This document shows, in pieces, positions 1 to 12,901 of a stretch of DNA of 64,000 bases. A program made the translations under genes and the position numbers. Every line of letters starts with the position of its first letter. The stretch's first letter is position 1. The notes under the pieces were generated by a model. It made no database searches. It was not told the DNA's origin and saw nothing but the letters and a program-made list of their open reading frames with translations. Source of the stretch: Azolla caroliniana (lineage: Eukaryota; Plantae; Polypodiophyta). The DNA lies in contig JBHGNT010000017.1 in the NCBI GenBank assembly GCA_043228905.1, positions 17,484,001 to 17,548,000 of the forward strand, read 5' to 3'.

Positions 1-221
1 TAAAGCTTCAGGGGAGCAAAGATAAAATGAAATGTATAATACCTTGGAGCTCGTGCTACATATACTCGCACGAGAAAAGCACGAATTCTCTTTATAAACA
101 TACATCATGTTACCTTCTGTGCTTGTATAACATTTTGTTATAGCTTAATACAAGGTCAGCATAACATGAACCGACCCGAAAAATGATCGGAGAAGAAGAT
201 ACACAAAAGTACAGAGATTAC

Positions 222-3200
222 TCATACATGACTGGGTCTTCGCTTCCCGCCATCGGTTCTCATTTTCTTCACCGGTGGAGTCATAAGCCACTGACCTGAC
301 CCCATATTAACTGGAGGTCCTCTATTAAATGGCTGAACTTGAACCTTCTCTATAGACCTCTGTCCAGAGGCAGAGGGGGTAGTAGGTAACATTCCAGCAG
401 GGCTCGAACCACTACCACTCATACCTACTGTCCTTACTTTCTTCCCCGCTAGCTTTACACCCATTTTCATATCAGAATCCTGTATCGGTGCCTTACTTCT
501 AACCACATTTTTATCCGGAGGTGATGTGAAATTAATTGTTCTTATCTTATTTACAACTCGTCCTCTTTCCTTCCTCTTTTTCTTGCTGAAAACAAGATCC
601 ACCGGGTGTCTCGGCTCATCATGATCAGCCCCATTGCCTTTTCCATGCTCTGATTTCATCTTGATTCTCTCAGACGTTTTGGGGGCAACCACTGGAGCAG
701 CTTTTGTTTTCTTGTGTGACCTTTTGATCTCGGTATTATGGGAGACCTTGCTTGGAAGCCTCTCTTCATTCGGCTCACTTGCTTTCATGGTCGGGCGTAG
801 TGTTATGGATACAGGTACCTCTGCTTGAGGCCTTCCAATGATATGTAGTGGGCGGGAGGAAGACCCAGTATTGAGGGTGGCTTGATTTAGCCCTAATGTG
901 CCTAGATTCCTTGTCTTTAGCGGTGCGAAATCCACGTCTGGAAAGTTATGATGGGCATGTTGGAAGAACAAAGCTTGCAGTTTCCGGATGTACGCTTTGA
1001 CCTGCAAATTAATTTTACTAATCTATTTCTTGAACATGAAGGAGACTTAAACCCAGATTAATAAACTGGCTTCATAGCTGATTCCAATATTAAACTGTAG
1101 ACATAATAAATAGGGGTATCATCACAAGATTGGTCACTTATATTTAGTGTTGACAGCACTCTATAACCCAAAGGCATGTCTAAATATCAGAATGGAGTTT
1201 CTCATTAAGTTCTCTCAAGATGTTGCATAAGGAACATGAATAAAAATTCTTAAACAAATAGAGGTGAAACGTAGCACTGATATACTAACATGAATTGTAC
1301 AAACTACACTGTACACAGTTAAATATGCAGAACAAGCACTTCAAAATGTGGACAAAAATGGAACGAACACTAAAGCAATTTGTATGCCACCATTTGGAAC
1401 GCGCATTCAAGATCAAAGGTCGCTAGACATACGAAAACTCCAACCCAGAAACATTTCGTTAGTTGGTAATGCCACAAAATTGCATATCAATGACACAATG
1501 ATGATGCTTAGTCTAAAAGTAAATTTCCAACTTCCAGGGTCGAATTACACAAGTAATCATTCATTAGCTTCAGCTTGAGAATGCAAACACATTGTGCAGC
1601 CATACACCCGGATAAGCTTAAGAAGACCAGCCACTGCGAGTAGTTCAATGTGAATAGTGGCCACTCCACATGTCAGCATCTATATAGGTAGTTCAATGCC
1701 TCAATTTGAGGACATCTTGTGATGGCTACATTTAAAACATATTCCCCACGATTTTTTGTGTTGCAGGCTGGGAGCAATTTTGACTGAACAGGTTCCCAGG
1801 CTCGAAAATGAGCTCGTATTGGCCTGTCTGTAGCTTGGAATTTGTTATATGTGCAGGTAGGATGCTGCAGGACACTAAGGAAACGTTCTGAAGGAAACTA
1901 CACTCCATGGTCATACATAATCATTTTTCAAGACTACTATTTTAAATGGGAACAAAAATACAGACTTTCCCTAACATTGACATCATGATCCTTGTATTGA
2001 CTGAGAAGTCGTGTGTAATTTTGAGCAAGGCTATAATTTAAATTTATATGTAATATTACATGATTTATTTTTTATCATTAATCACACAGTGGTCTTAAAC
2101 ATTGTAGTGGTTTTCTTTAAAAACATGTCATGTTCAAAATGAAAGCTTACCTCAGGTGATTTATAAAATCGAGCTGCATTATCAAGCATCAATAGGACAT
2201 CAGCTGCAAATTCAAATACAGCTCCATATTCAAAATGCTCAATTCGTTGTTCAATCATTCGAGCATCGATTGGATTGGAAATCACTTTGTAATATCCAGG
2301 ACTCTCGGTACGTCTTGGAAGCTCAAAGATGATATTGGCTTGGTGCCCATCTTTCTCCACGACAGCTTTAAGCCTGTGAAGCACAGCCTTGCACTGCAAA
2401 ATTGCACAAAAATGGCAACCACAGTATGTTATAGTACCTTGTAACTGAATGAAGGAAAACCACAGGCATTCAATATGAAACTCATGAAGTCTCTTACCTT
2501 TTTCTGTATGCTCTCAGGCATACGTCCTGGCATAATCCCACTTGATGTACTACTAAGGCGACTTGTCAATTTAGCACTCTCTTTGTGTGGATCAGCTGTG
2601 TTAGTAAAATAGTCTGGGAAGCCTAACGTTCTATTTTGTTTCAGTATGGGGCTGAGGGATTGTTGTGGAGAGAAGACTTCAAGCGGCTTTTTCCCAAGGA
2701 TAGGCTCAAGTAGATGTCTCCTCTTGCTTGGTGGCATGGACTGATCTGATCTCCTGGACATACTTTCCATAGGACTCTGACTTTCATCATGAAACCTCTG
2801 TGTATGTCTATCGATTATACGTTCAGCTGGCATGTGGTATTGTTTCTCAAATCCATGAGGTGGTCTCTGTTGAGGAAGTTGTGGGAATAAATGTGTAGGA
2901 GCCTTCCTCTCTAGGATCTTTCCACCACCAACTGTACCAGCCTTTTCTAGAGGCCGCCTACGTGGTAGACGAGCACTCCGTTTACGTTTTGTTAATCGTT
3001 GAATAGCTTGGTCCTCTTCCCCTTCATCATGTTCCTGTGCTGAACTCCCTGAAGGCTGTGCCTCAAAACGTGAATCGCCAGAAGCTGCTATCTCACCCTC
3101 TTCAAGTTCTTCCTTCTGTAAAAAAATGAATGATGATTTATACTGAAAAAGTAGCTTAAGCCACACCTTGAAAAACTATACAAAAGACAATTATATACCG

Positions 3201-6200
3201 TGATTTGTGCAGATGGCCTGCTATCAAGAGCTGCTAGTGATCCAAACTTCCGTTGAGCTAGAGTAAGTCCTATCTCCCTTTCAGTTCTACATAACTCTTC
3301 CTCGTCCTCAGAAGATTCTGAATGCTCCTGTGCTGAATTTTCCAATCTCTTGTGAGCAATTTTGAGTTCCGAAACTCTAGAATTGGATTGCCTTAAATCG
3401 AGTTCATCTTCTGAAACTTCGCCCTCCTCTGGTTCAGTGTTTGCATCATCTTCATTTGTCTCTTTTCTGATTTCCCCTTCTTCTTCATCAAAGCTATCCA
3501 ATTGTGCAGCTGTTTCCATAGCAGTCACAGATTTACTTAGCATAGTTGATGGTCTTTTTTTGCTACTATTGTTTTGTGAATCACTCCTCCTCTCTGAACT
3601 GGTCTCTCGCTTCTTAAGTGACACTTTATCAGGCTGCTCCAGGCGTAGCTTCTCTTCTGCCTCTGCAGTTCCAAGAATTTCAACTGTTCCTTTTTTGGAG
3701 GCATGTTTTGACATAGCATTTACAGCAGCATTCACTTCCCGTGACCCTACAGCAAGCCACGTTGGAGTGTGATGATGATGTAGCATCTCTCCTGGCCACT
3801 CATATTCTTCATCCATCTGATCAAAGATCTCAACCTCCTCATCACTTCTAGCAATCATCCGATTCACTTCATGTAAGCTTGGCACATCATGAACACGTTC
3901 TTGGTACCTTTCTTCATCATGCAACAATGCCTCAAGAGTCATCCTGCGCTCCTCATGTGTCGTCCTCTGGTCAAAACGACCAGCATTAATCACTTCATCA
4001 GCCATTTCAATCTTGTGTTGTTGGATAGTATTGCGTACTAAGCTTTCCACAGAGCCCACGTATCTATCTTTTCCTGCCATATCATCATCTTCTGTGTCAA
4101 TCCCTCCTCCACTCCTGATCTCATCTTGTTTTTCAAAACTGGAGATAGTCTCCACTACAGCTTCCATATAGATGACTCTTACTTCTCTTTTTTGTCCAAT
4201 ACGGTGTGCCCGTGCAACTGCCTGTTCTTCATTCTTTGGATTAGGATCAGGGTCATAGATAACAACTGTGTCAGCAGTTTGGAGATTGAGACCTCGGCCC
4301 GCTGCACGAATACTTAGTAGAAAGATGAAGCAATCAGATCCAGCTCTATTGAACTCAACAATTGCTGCTTCCCGAGCTTCTAGCGTAGTTGTTCCATCAA
4401 TCCTTCTGTAGATTAAACCACGCCATTGAAGGTAGTCCTCCAAAATGTCCAACAACTTGGTCATTGTACTAAAAAGCAAGACCCGATGACCCGTATATTG
4501 GAGCTTAACCAGTATCCTATCCAATATCCAGAGTTTTCCGCACGAACGCACAGAGAATTCATTGGTTCTTTCACTGAAAAATGGATAGTTTAGAAGAGGG
4601 TGATTACAGACTTTGCGTAGCTCCATGCATTTATTTTGAAGTGGAGCATAAGCACGCTTCTGCCTTTTTCCATTCTTTGCTGCAACTCTTAATTCCTCAT
4701 CTCGAGGATCTAGCCGTATTGTTCCTGTTGCTTTAATCCAGTCATAAATTGCAGCTTGTAGGGCAGACATTTTACACCGCAAGACAACAGAAACCTGGCA
4801 TAGCATGAGATCCATATTGTGAGTCATTATCAAGATTCTTAACTGAATCTAACATGAAAACCTCAAAAGAAGTTGGGATCACCTTCGCAGGAAGTGAGCC
4901 TTCTACATCTTCCACACGACGTCGCAGCATGAAAGGCTCTAAAATCTGATGCAGGCGATGGATTACAATGACCTTCTTCTCCGTCTCCAGCCAGTCATCC
5001 TCCTGACTCAAGGAGGTGTTATCTCTCTGGAATGGCATTGAGAACCAATCCTGAAACGACTTTGAATTATCGAAAACCTCAGGTAGAAGCAGGTTGAGCA
5101 GTGACCAGAGCTCACGCAGATCATTCTGGATGGCATAATGAATAAGTTAGTAACTTACATTCCACACACATAAATATATATTGTTCATCAGGACCAGATT
5201 GTGAATACATGCAATTACCCCATCCAGATTCTTTACAGTAAACTTTTACCAATATTACCTGCAGAGGAGTCCCTGTCAACAGTAGACGACGCTGACAGCG
5301 AAAACGATCCAAGTCACGTGAAAGCCGAGACTCTCGGTCCTTCATGCGCTGGGCCTCATCAATGATCAGATACTTCCATTCGATCTTTGACAGCTTGGAT
5401 CTGTCGCGCATGATGAACTCGTAAGTAGTAACCAGCACATTGAACTTTCTTGCACAAACTTCCTGCAGTTTAACATCATGTTAAATGTAGTCTCTAAGTT
5501 TAAACAAAGAATGCAAAAGGACTACAGAACCCAATGCAAAAACAACCTTCATAATTAGAATTTGGTGAATAACTACGACAAATTAAGGTTGAAGAGAAGA
5601 ATTTATCCAGTCCACTCATATTTGGCAACAAAAATAATTCCCAGTGAGTATTGTTTATTGCCCATATCAGAGATGCTCAAATTGCAAGCTCATGTGTTTA
5701 AAGAACTCAAAAGATTATTTAATTGTGCATACAAAGGAACCTGATTTAATGAATGTTTGGGAGACCATGTGACTATACGAAATGCAATCTTTACAATTTT
5801 AAATGAACTAGTCAAAACAAATAAATTATCATCATGCATATTTGAATTCTAAGCTACTGGGCAAGAATCTTGACGAAACACTAACATCCAACGAATAATA
5901 GAAAACCTCAAACATGTGTTGAACATTGCCACAATGTGTGTGACTAATGTTCACATCACAATAAGCTACATAGGTTAAGCTACAAGGGCATCAACTTTAT
6001 AGAAGTATGCCGAGTACCAAGATACAAGTGTGTAATATCCATGTGTTTATTGGATGTGAATTCTTTACATTGCTTAAAACTGCATTTAAAATAATGTAGT
6101 TTTCCAATCCAAACCTGAGCATAAAGTTTTGTCCGCTGCTCTTTGCCTCCAACATAAAATATACATGAGACTGACGGTATCCATCGCAGTAGTTCACTCT

Positions 6201-9200
6201 GCAAAAAATTAGGACATAAGACCAAAATAGACACAATAACATAAGAATCAAATATACATCAATGGTTCATAATGACCTTCCAGTTTACTATTACTGCATT
6301 GGGAACAATAATAAGATGTGGACCATAGTTTGCTTTAAACTCCATCAAGTACGCAATCAAAGCCATAACCTGCAAGAATTCATCACAAAATTATGTTTAG
6401 GGGAGAAACATTTAGGGTTGAAAAATGACCTAATAGTGCCAAGTTGATATAATAATTATGTGTATGGGGCAGTGATCGAACCATAAGATATACCCCTAAT
6501 TTCTTGTTGACGATTGCTTCATAATTGCCAACTCAATAATCATTCATATAATGACGTTCTATTCTTTAGCAATCCATGTTTTCGATATATTTTAAGTTCT
6601 GTTTCCAGGATAAGCATAAATCAACCACATACACTTTCATGATTGGGTAAGACATCATTCAACACATTGACTGCTTCATAAAGCATTGTCAGAACATGAT
6701 AACTGTTTTTTTCACTTTTTGTGGTAATGAAGACATTTAGGGAAGGATTTTAAGTTTTTCTTCTCACTCAATGCCAGCTGTAGATTAAGCCAACAATTTC
6801 AGGTAATATCAAATATAAATTCACCTGTACTGTCTTTCCTAGACCCATCTCGTCTGCTAGGATTCCATTTAGCCGATTATTATACAAAGAAAGCATCCAC
6901 TGTAACCCTACCTACATGTCATAATTGATCGGTTAAATAAACAAACACACCATAATATACTGTACAAGAATTTTAACTTTGCACATGATGAGGTGGTGAT
7001 TATTCACAAAATGAAACATACAAGCTGATAATCCCGCAGGATGCCAGCGCGAAGCATGGATGGCTGTCGTCCAATCCGTTCATTCACAGCATGAGCCAGA
7101 TTATAATATCTGCACCAAAAAAGCAATATAAAGAAAATGCGATCAACTTAAAAAAATATTCACCATGGTTTATACATACTTGCTAACAGAATCAGAGGCT
7201 CTATCAGGTGAGTGTAGGCGTGCGTCAACCTCCTCACGAGCTTGTAATGCAGCTGCATCAATCTCCTCTTCTGAGAGACCCTGAAAAACATGAACAACTA
7301 AATTGTTGGAAGATATGCCATCAAACTTTCACTGGAATAAAGGTACGCAAGTAGAGTATCAAACCTGAGCTTTGGCAGCTAATGTTGCTGCCACCGCTGC
7401 TTCATCTCTCTCCTGTTGATACTTGACTGCTGAAATCTTTCCCCCGAGCTTGTGGAGATAGTCTTCAGTTTGAGAGAGAAATGATGACAAAACTTGAAAG
7501 CGTTCGCCTGCATCGCCAGGCAGCTTAGTCTGCTGTTGTTTCAACATTTCTCGATATGTATCCACATCATTGTTCTTCAAGGCTTCCATCCTCTTGTTTC
7601 GATCCTCATCTCTCCTTTTCGAGAATTCCCGAAGCATCCTTTCATGGTACTTCAAAACCCCCCTGTTCCTTGTAGTTCGAGTATCCCGAATAGCCCAATG
7701 AGCCTCAAATAGACGCTTCCTCCATGAGAAGAGACTTTTAAGTTGCTTCTCCCTTGTGCTTTTCTGTAATTGTATAACCTGTCTTGCTAATTCACCCCGT
7801 TGACGCTCACAAAATCGTACAAATTTGCGGTATACACGTTCCCCCATTGTCATTATGTCTTGTTGCTGTTCTTCAACCTCCTCTCGTACTCTCGACTGCA
7901 GTGTCATCAATCGGAGCTTCTTTTGCTCAATTCTAAGCTTTGTGATGAGTTCTAGGGGAATGCACTTTTTGTCCAATGCAGATCCTAAAAGGGCATCAAT
8001 TAACTTGAGTCTTTCAGACTTTTTCTTATCAATCACCCGGACACCCTCCTTCAACAAGAGTTGTCTTACATCATATCCAAGTGGAATGGGAGGGCCCCAT
8101 GGATTATTGCCCTGAAATAAACTATCAATCTTCCTGCCAATAGGTGGGAAGTCAAACAATGGGCCACGGTATCGCCTCAGAAGTTGCAAAGGTTTTTGTT
8201 GGTTAGGAGCACCTGGAATGGGTTTCTTGGGTAATGCTCCTGATGGTGCCTTACTTGGGGAACAAGGCTGGCTGGCCATATTAATGTTGGCATTGACGAG
8301 GCTAGAATCATCCTTCCTGGTCTGTTCATTAGAACTATTTTGACCAACACTGCCATGCATGGATTCACCAGCAGGCCTGGTTTCTTCTTGCTTCAACGCA
8401 GCACCTCTCTGATCTGGCATATTACTTGCCTGAGGCTGCTGTGATTTTCCATCTAGCATTTCAACTTGCAAGGCAGCTTTTTGAGCCTTCACTTCAACTG
8501 GTTGAGTAATGACGTGAGTGGAAGCATTATTCTGTTTCTCTGTGTCATCCTTCCCTGCAGATGGTGAGGCTTCAACGTTTGAAGGTAATTGCGATCTGTC
8601 AATCCCTAAGGACTTCATAACCTCGGGAGGAATGCTTTCTCCTCGCTGCAAGAGACATTCAAAAAATTCTTTCACATGAACTATAAGAATCACGTAAAAT
8701 GTTCAGTTAACTCCAGATAAAATACCTCTCACTTACCTTAACCCGCCGAAACGCAATAATTTGGGATCTGAGAACTACAAGTTGCTGCCTTGAAAAGCAT
8801 GACTGTGGCTGGATTGGAGGCTGCAGCTGTGGCTGTAGATGAAGTTGAGGTTGTAAATGTGGTTGAGGTTGTGGATGTGGATGTGCCTGTGCTTGTGCTT
8901 GTGATTGCGCTTGTGCTTGTTTTGCTTGTGCTTGTGGATGTGGATGTGGATGTGCTTGTGGATGTGGATGTGGCTGTCCTTGTGCCTGTGATTGTGATTG
9001 TTGTTGGTGTTGTTGCTGTAACTGTGGCTGCAATTGGGTCTGTGGGTGCGATTGCCGATGTGATTGGAGTTGTGGTTGCAACTGTAGCTGTGCCTGTGGC
9101 TGGGGCTGGGGCTGGAGATGTTTCAACTGTTGTTGGAAATGCTGGTGGCCACCTTGTGGATAAAGACCATGAGGATGGTGCTGCTGGATCGGCATTGCTT

Positions 9201-12200
9201 GTGTATGTGCAATATCCTGCTGCTGTTGCAATTGCTGATTGAAATTTGCCTGCTGCATCAATGCATTTGGAGCTTGGGCGGTGGAGGCTGAAGATTGCGC
9301 CTGTTGCTGCCTCATATATTGCATTTCTGCATCATCTCCAGCTCCAACAACTTTATCTGCTGCCCTGGATGGCAATGGTGCTCCTATCAAGCCCTTGTTC
9401 ACAATGCTGGTGGGGGTAGCAGATCCCGTTACATTGGCAGTTGCCCTATTCAAACTTAAAACTCCCCGTTCAATTGAATAGTCAGCTGATTGGTGCATTG
9501 GTTGCTGACGAAGGGCCGGGCTCACAGCATACCCACTGGAAATACTCTGAGGCCCTTTCCCTAACACAATAGCTGGACTGGCATGTCCCTCTGAAGCCAT
9601 ATTTCCATGTTGCTGCGGGATAGGGGAGACAAGATTTCTCATAGGCACATCTTGGCTTTTAGGTGGCATGTGATGAGGATGCTGGGGGGCTGGACTTGTC
9701 TCAGCAGCAGACTTTTGCATTGCCGCAAATTGGGCAAGTAGCTGTGGATGCATGAATTGAGGTTGCCCTTGGAGAAGCGATCCTGAGCTTGGGTCTTGGT
9801 TAGAGTGCATAGGGGGCATTCCTATGTGATTCTGACCGTTTGGTAGCCCTTGCTGCTGACCAGTTGCAGCCGGTGGCCTCATGGTGTTCGGCAAAGAGCC
9901 ATTATATCCATGTTGGATCCGTGGGGGAGCACCGGCTTCATTCTTGGGTTCTTGGGCCTGATCCATCTGCTGTTCTGCTGATAAATACTGACCTGTTATT
10001 TTCCCTTGCCTTGTTGCTTGTGCTTGCCTATGGTTCTGAAGGTTGTTATTGCCTTCCTCTATCGATTGGCCACTTGTTTGTTGACCAGAAATTGAAGCTT
10101 TGCTCTGTTGTGCATTTGATTGTGTCTTCTTCTGAGCTGCAAAAAGTGCTTGTTGTGCATAGGCTTGGTTCACGGCCTGGGGGGTCTCCGCCGCAACCTG
10201 TGTTGGCAACTGTACATCAGTGTAGACCCTTGGTTGGCTACGAAGAGGAGGGCCACTGGATCCGTTGTTAGAATTACTACCCGCTGGGCCTTGAAAGATG
10301 GGTCCTTGATAAGAAGAAAACTGTTCATTGGGCATATCTTTGCGATACTGCTGCAAAAAGAACAAGAGCAACATAGGATTTTTCAAATTAAGATCCCAGC
10401 AACCAAGAAATAGAGACAACTCTAAATTCTTGCCATTTTCAGCAAGCATTCAAAGAACATCAAGTTCAGTGACACTTGGATTCCAGTTCTACTATTATTG
10501 AAACCTATAAAAAGTTCACAAACTGTATTGATGCAGAAACCACGAGACAACAAGCAGATTGAAAATTTTAATGAATTAAATGGACATTTGATTCATGTCC
10601 AACTGTATTGAGGCAAAACTTCTGGAAGAACTACATAATCATGCACAATTCAAGCCCATTGTCTGTAATGTTGCAGAAATCCTAGGGATACAAGCTCTGG
10701 TTTTTCCCATCTTGATCATGCACTTTAAATTGACTATAACTTTGTCATTTATGGAGCAGGAGATATACAGACTCTTTGCAATAGCAATTATTTTGATCAC
10801 ATTGACACAAATGAGGAAAGCAGTGGATACCATGTCAAGGATTAACCCTCACGCTCTGGTATCATGTAAAGAACTATGCAAGCTCTATTGAGGATCATTA
10901 AACAATGCAGCAGAAAAAATAGAAGTTATGTGTGTGCATGTGTGTGTGAAAGAGAAGGGATGAAACAAGGTTGAACAAAATGAATCAACAACAATTACAT
11001 GGAGGAGGATTGGTTTATATAATATATTCTATGGGTACTCTCAGAGAATCATAAATTAGTCTGCCAAAATGGTAGAAAAAATGGGGTATCATACAATATC
11101 CAATTCATTCAATACAAAGGATGTATTCTCTTACACTAGTGACAAGGGTGGACTCTCAAGCACATTCTCTAACAAATGCATTCCCAAAATAAACATGAAT
11201 TTGGTTGATTATAACTTCACTTAGACCCTTTACAACAAAAGAATTTAAATTCCTTCAAAACAAAATACATATAAAAGACAGGTTGAACCAAGTGCACAGA
11301 AGATCCAAACCCTACATTTCTCGAACAAATATATATGCTTGCGAGTTGAATCAACTACGCAGAAAACCCAAAATGTTAATTTCCTTCAAACCAAAAAACA
11401 TATAATACAGAGACTAAACCAAGTGCAAAAGATCCACAGCAATAAATTCTTCAAACCTAAATACATACAAGAAATGCTGAATCAAGTATAAAGAAGTCCC
11501 AAAACTGTAAATTATTTCAAACGAAGTTACATATTACAGTGTCACTAAACCCCTAAATTCTTTCAAATTAGAGGTAGACATCAGAGTGTGTGAGTCAAGC
11601 CCATGGAAGACCCATAATCGTACATTTCTTCCAGCCACACTGTATACCAGAGAAGCTGAATCAAATTCAGAGACTCAAAATTTCAGGACACCTCATATCT
11701 TGAAAATATAGGGAACCCTGGAAAACACATGTTGATCTTGGATTCCCCGTGCCAAAACATGAAACTTGTTCTCCAACTTGACCCATAACCCTAAATTCCT
11801 TCAGAGGCTGAATCAAGTTGCTAGAAGACCCAAAACCCTAAATTTTCTTCACCAAGAATATATACACTAGAGAAGCTGAATTAAGTACCTGAACATGGTA
11901 AGATTGTTGCTGTTGCCCTTGACCTTGCCTTTGCTGCGGCATATGATGAAGATGTTGTTGCAAATGATGTTGCTGTTGTTGCTGTTGCTGTTGCTGTTGC
12001 TGTTGTTGCTGTTGTTGCTGTTGTTGCTGTTGCTGTTGCTGTTGCTGTTGTTGCTGCTGTTGCTGTTGCTGATGATGCTGCTGCTGTAACTGTTGCATCT
12101 TGTGCCATTGTTGCTGCTGCTGTTGAGACCGCTGTGCTGCCGAGAACTGGTGCAAATCAGGGGGGAAATTAGGGTACCCCTTGAGGTTAGGGTTAGGGTT

Positions 12201-12413
12201 ACTGTTCGTGTTTGAGTTAGGGTTAGGGTTAGGGTTTGAGCTAGGGTTAGGGTTAGGGTTAGGGTTAGGGTTAGGGTTAGGGTTAGGGTTAGGGTTTGAG
12301 CTAGGGTTGGAGTTAGTGTTGGGGTTAGATCTTGGGGAGGGAGCAGGGGAGGATGATTCTACTGTTGAGTCTGCCCCTGCTTTTGGCAAGAGACCCTGTT
12401 GACCCTTCTGCAT
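222..12413 (-). CDS. BRM: BRAHMA-type SWI2/SNF2 chromatin-remodelling ATPase, 14 exons, about 2518 aa
   Basis: Exons by GT-AG and frame: 12413-11889, 10350-8737, 8645-7365, 7280-7180, 7109-7022, 6911-6825, 6369-6277, 6198-6115, 5462-5259, 5125-4883, 4794-3199, 3115-2498, 2393-2151, 1001-222 (sum 7557 nt, in frame). Motifs: Q-rich N-terminus, QLQ ([20 protein letters not shown]), Walker [23 protein letters not shown], HELICc ([29 protein letters not shown]), C-terminal bromodomain ([12 protein letters not shown]...LMLDNAARF). The bromodomain distinguishes BRM from SYD. Confidence 0.95.
8810..9190 (-). repeat. Coding low-complexity Q/P/H/A hexamer repeats (QP, HP, QA) in BRM exon 2
   Basis: Runs of TGTGGA/TGTGCT/GGCTGG on the + strand encode QPQPQ, HPHP and QAQAQ just before the QLQ domain. 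Confidence 0.85.
11240..11888. repeat. Degenerate ~65-bp tandem repeat at the 5' end of BRM intron 1
   Basis: The motif (GC)TGAATCAAG..AGAAGACCCAAAACCCTAAATTTCTTC recurs near 11284, 11347, 11414, 11478, 11590, 11656, 11808 and 11876. Confidence 0.6.
11946..12125 (-). repeat. Polyglutamine (CAG/CAA)n tract in BRM exon 1
   Basis: (TGC/TGT)n on the + strand; about 35 consecutive Q in ORF 11838-12638. Confidence 0.95.
12187..12306 (+). repeat. (TTAGGG)n array encoding an (Asn-Pro)n tract in BRM exon 1
   Basis: 13 perfect TTAGGG units in blocks of 2, 3 and 8 (longest 12247-12294), plus CTAGGG variants. Confidence 0.95.
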
Positions 12414-12539
12414 GCTCAAATCCAAAAGACAAATTGCAAAAGCAGAGAAATCTCGCCCATTCACAGATCTACAGAGAGAGAGAAGGAAGAAGGGGGGGGG
12501 GGGGAGAAGAGGGAAGAAAAACACCGCAGGAAAATACAC

Positions 12540-12713
12540 ACACAACTCTTTCTCTCTCTCTCTCTTTCTTTTTCTCTTTTCTTTTTTCTCTCTTACAGAG
12601 ACCCCCACCTTCCCTCGCTCTTTCTCGCAGAGACCCACATCTCTTTCTCTCTATCTATCTGCCTCTGCCTCTGCCTTTCTCTGTTTCCTCTGTTCTCTCT
12701 GTCTCTCTCTCTG

Positions 12714-12754
<41 letters not shown>

Positions 12755-12837
12755 CTCTCTCTAGCTATGTCTGCTTTTCTTTTTCTTCTCTGTCCCCAAA
12801 CTCTCTCTCTCTGCAGTTTGTGATGAAATATATGCTG

Positions 12838-12899
<62 letters not shown>
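12540..12899. promoter_or_regulatory. (CT/GA)n microsatellites in the BRM 5'UTR/promoter (GAGA-element-like)
   Basis: Long (CT)n runs at 12718-12750 and 12842-12899 upstream of the ATG. GA repeats are known BBR/BPC binding sites; function here is inferred. Confidence 0.55.

Positions 12900-12901
<2 letters not shown>

Noticed and set aside
12187-12306. True telomere or chromosome-fusion scar
   Set aside because: Short, in frame within a coding exon, single orientation, no subtelomeric context.
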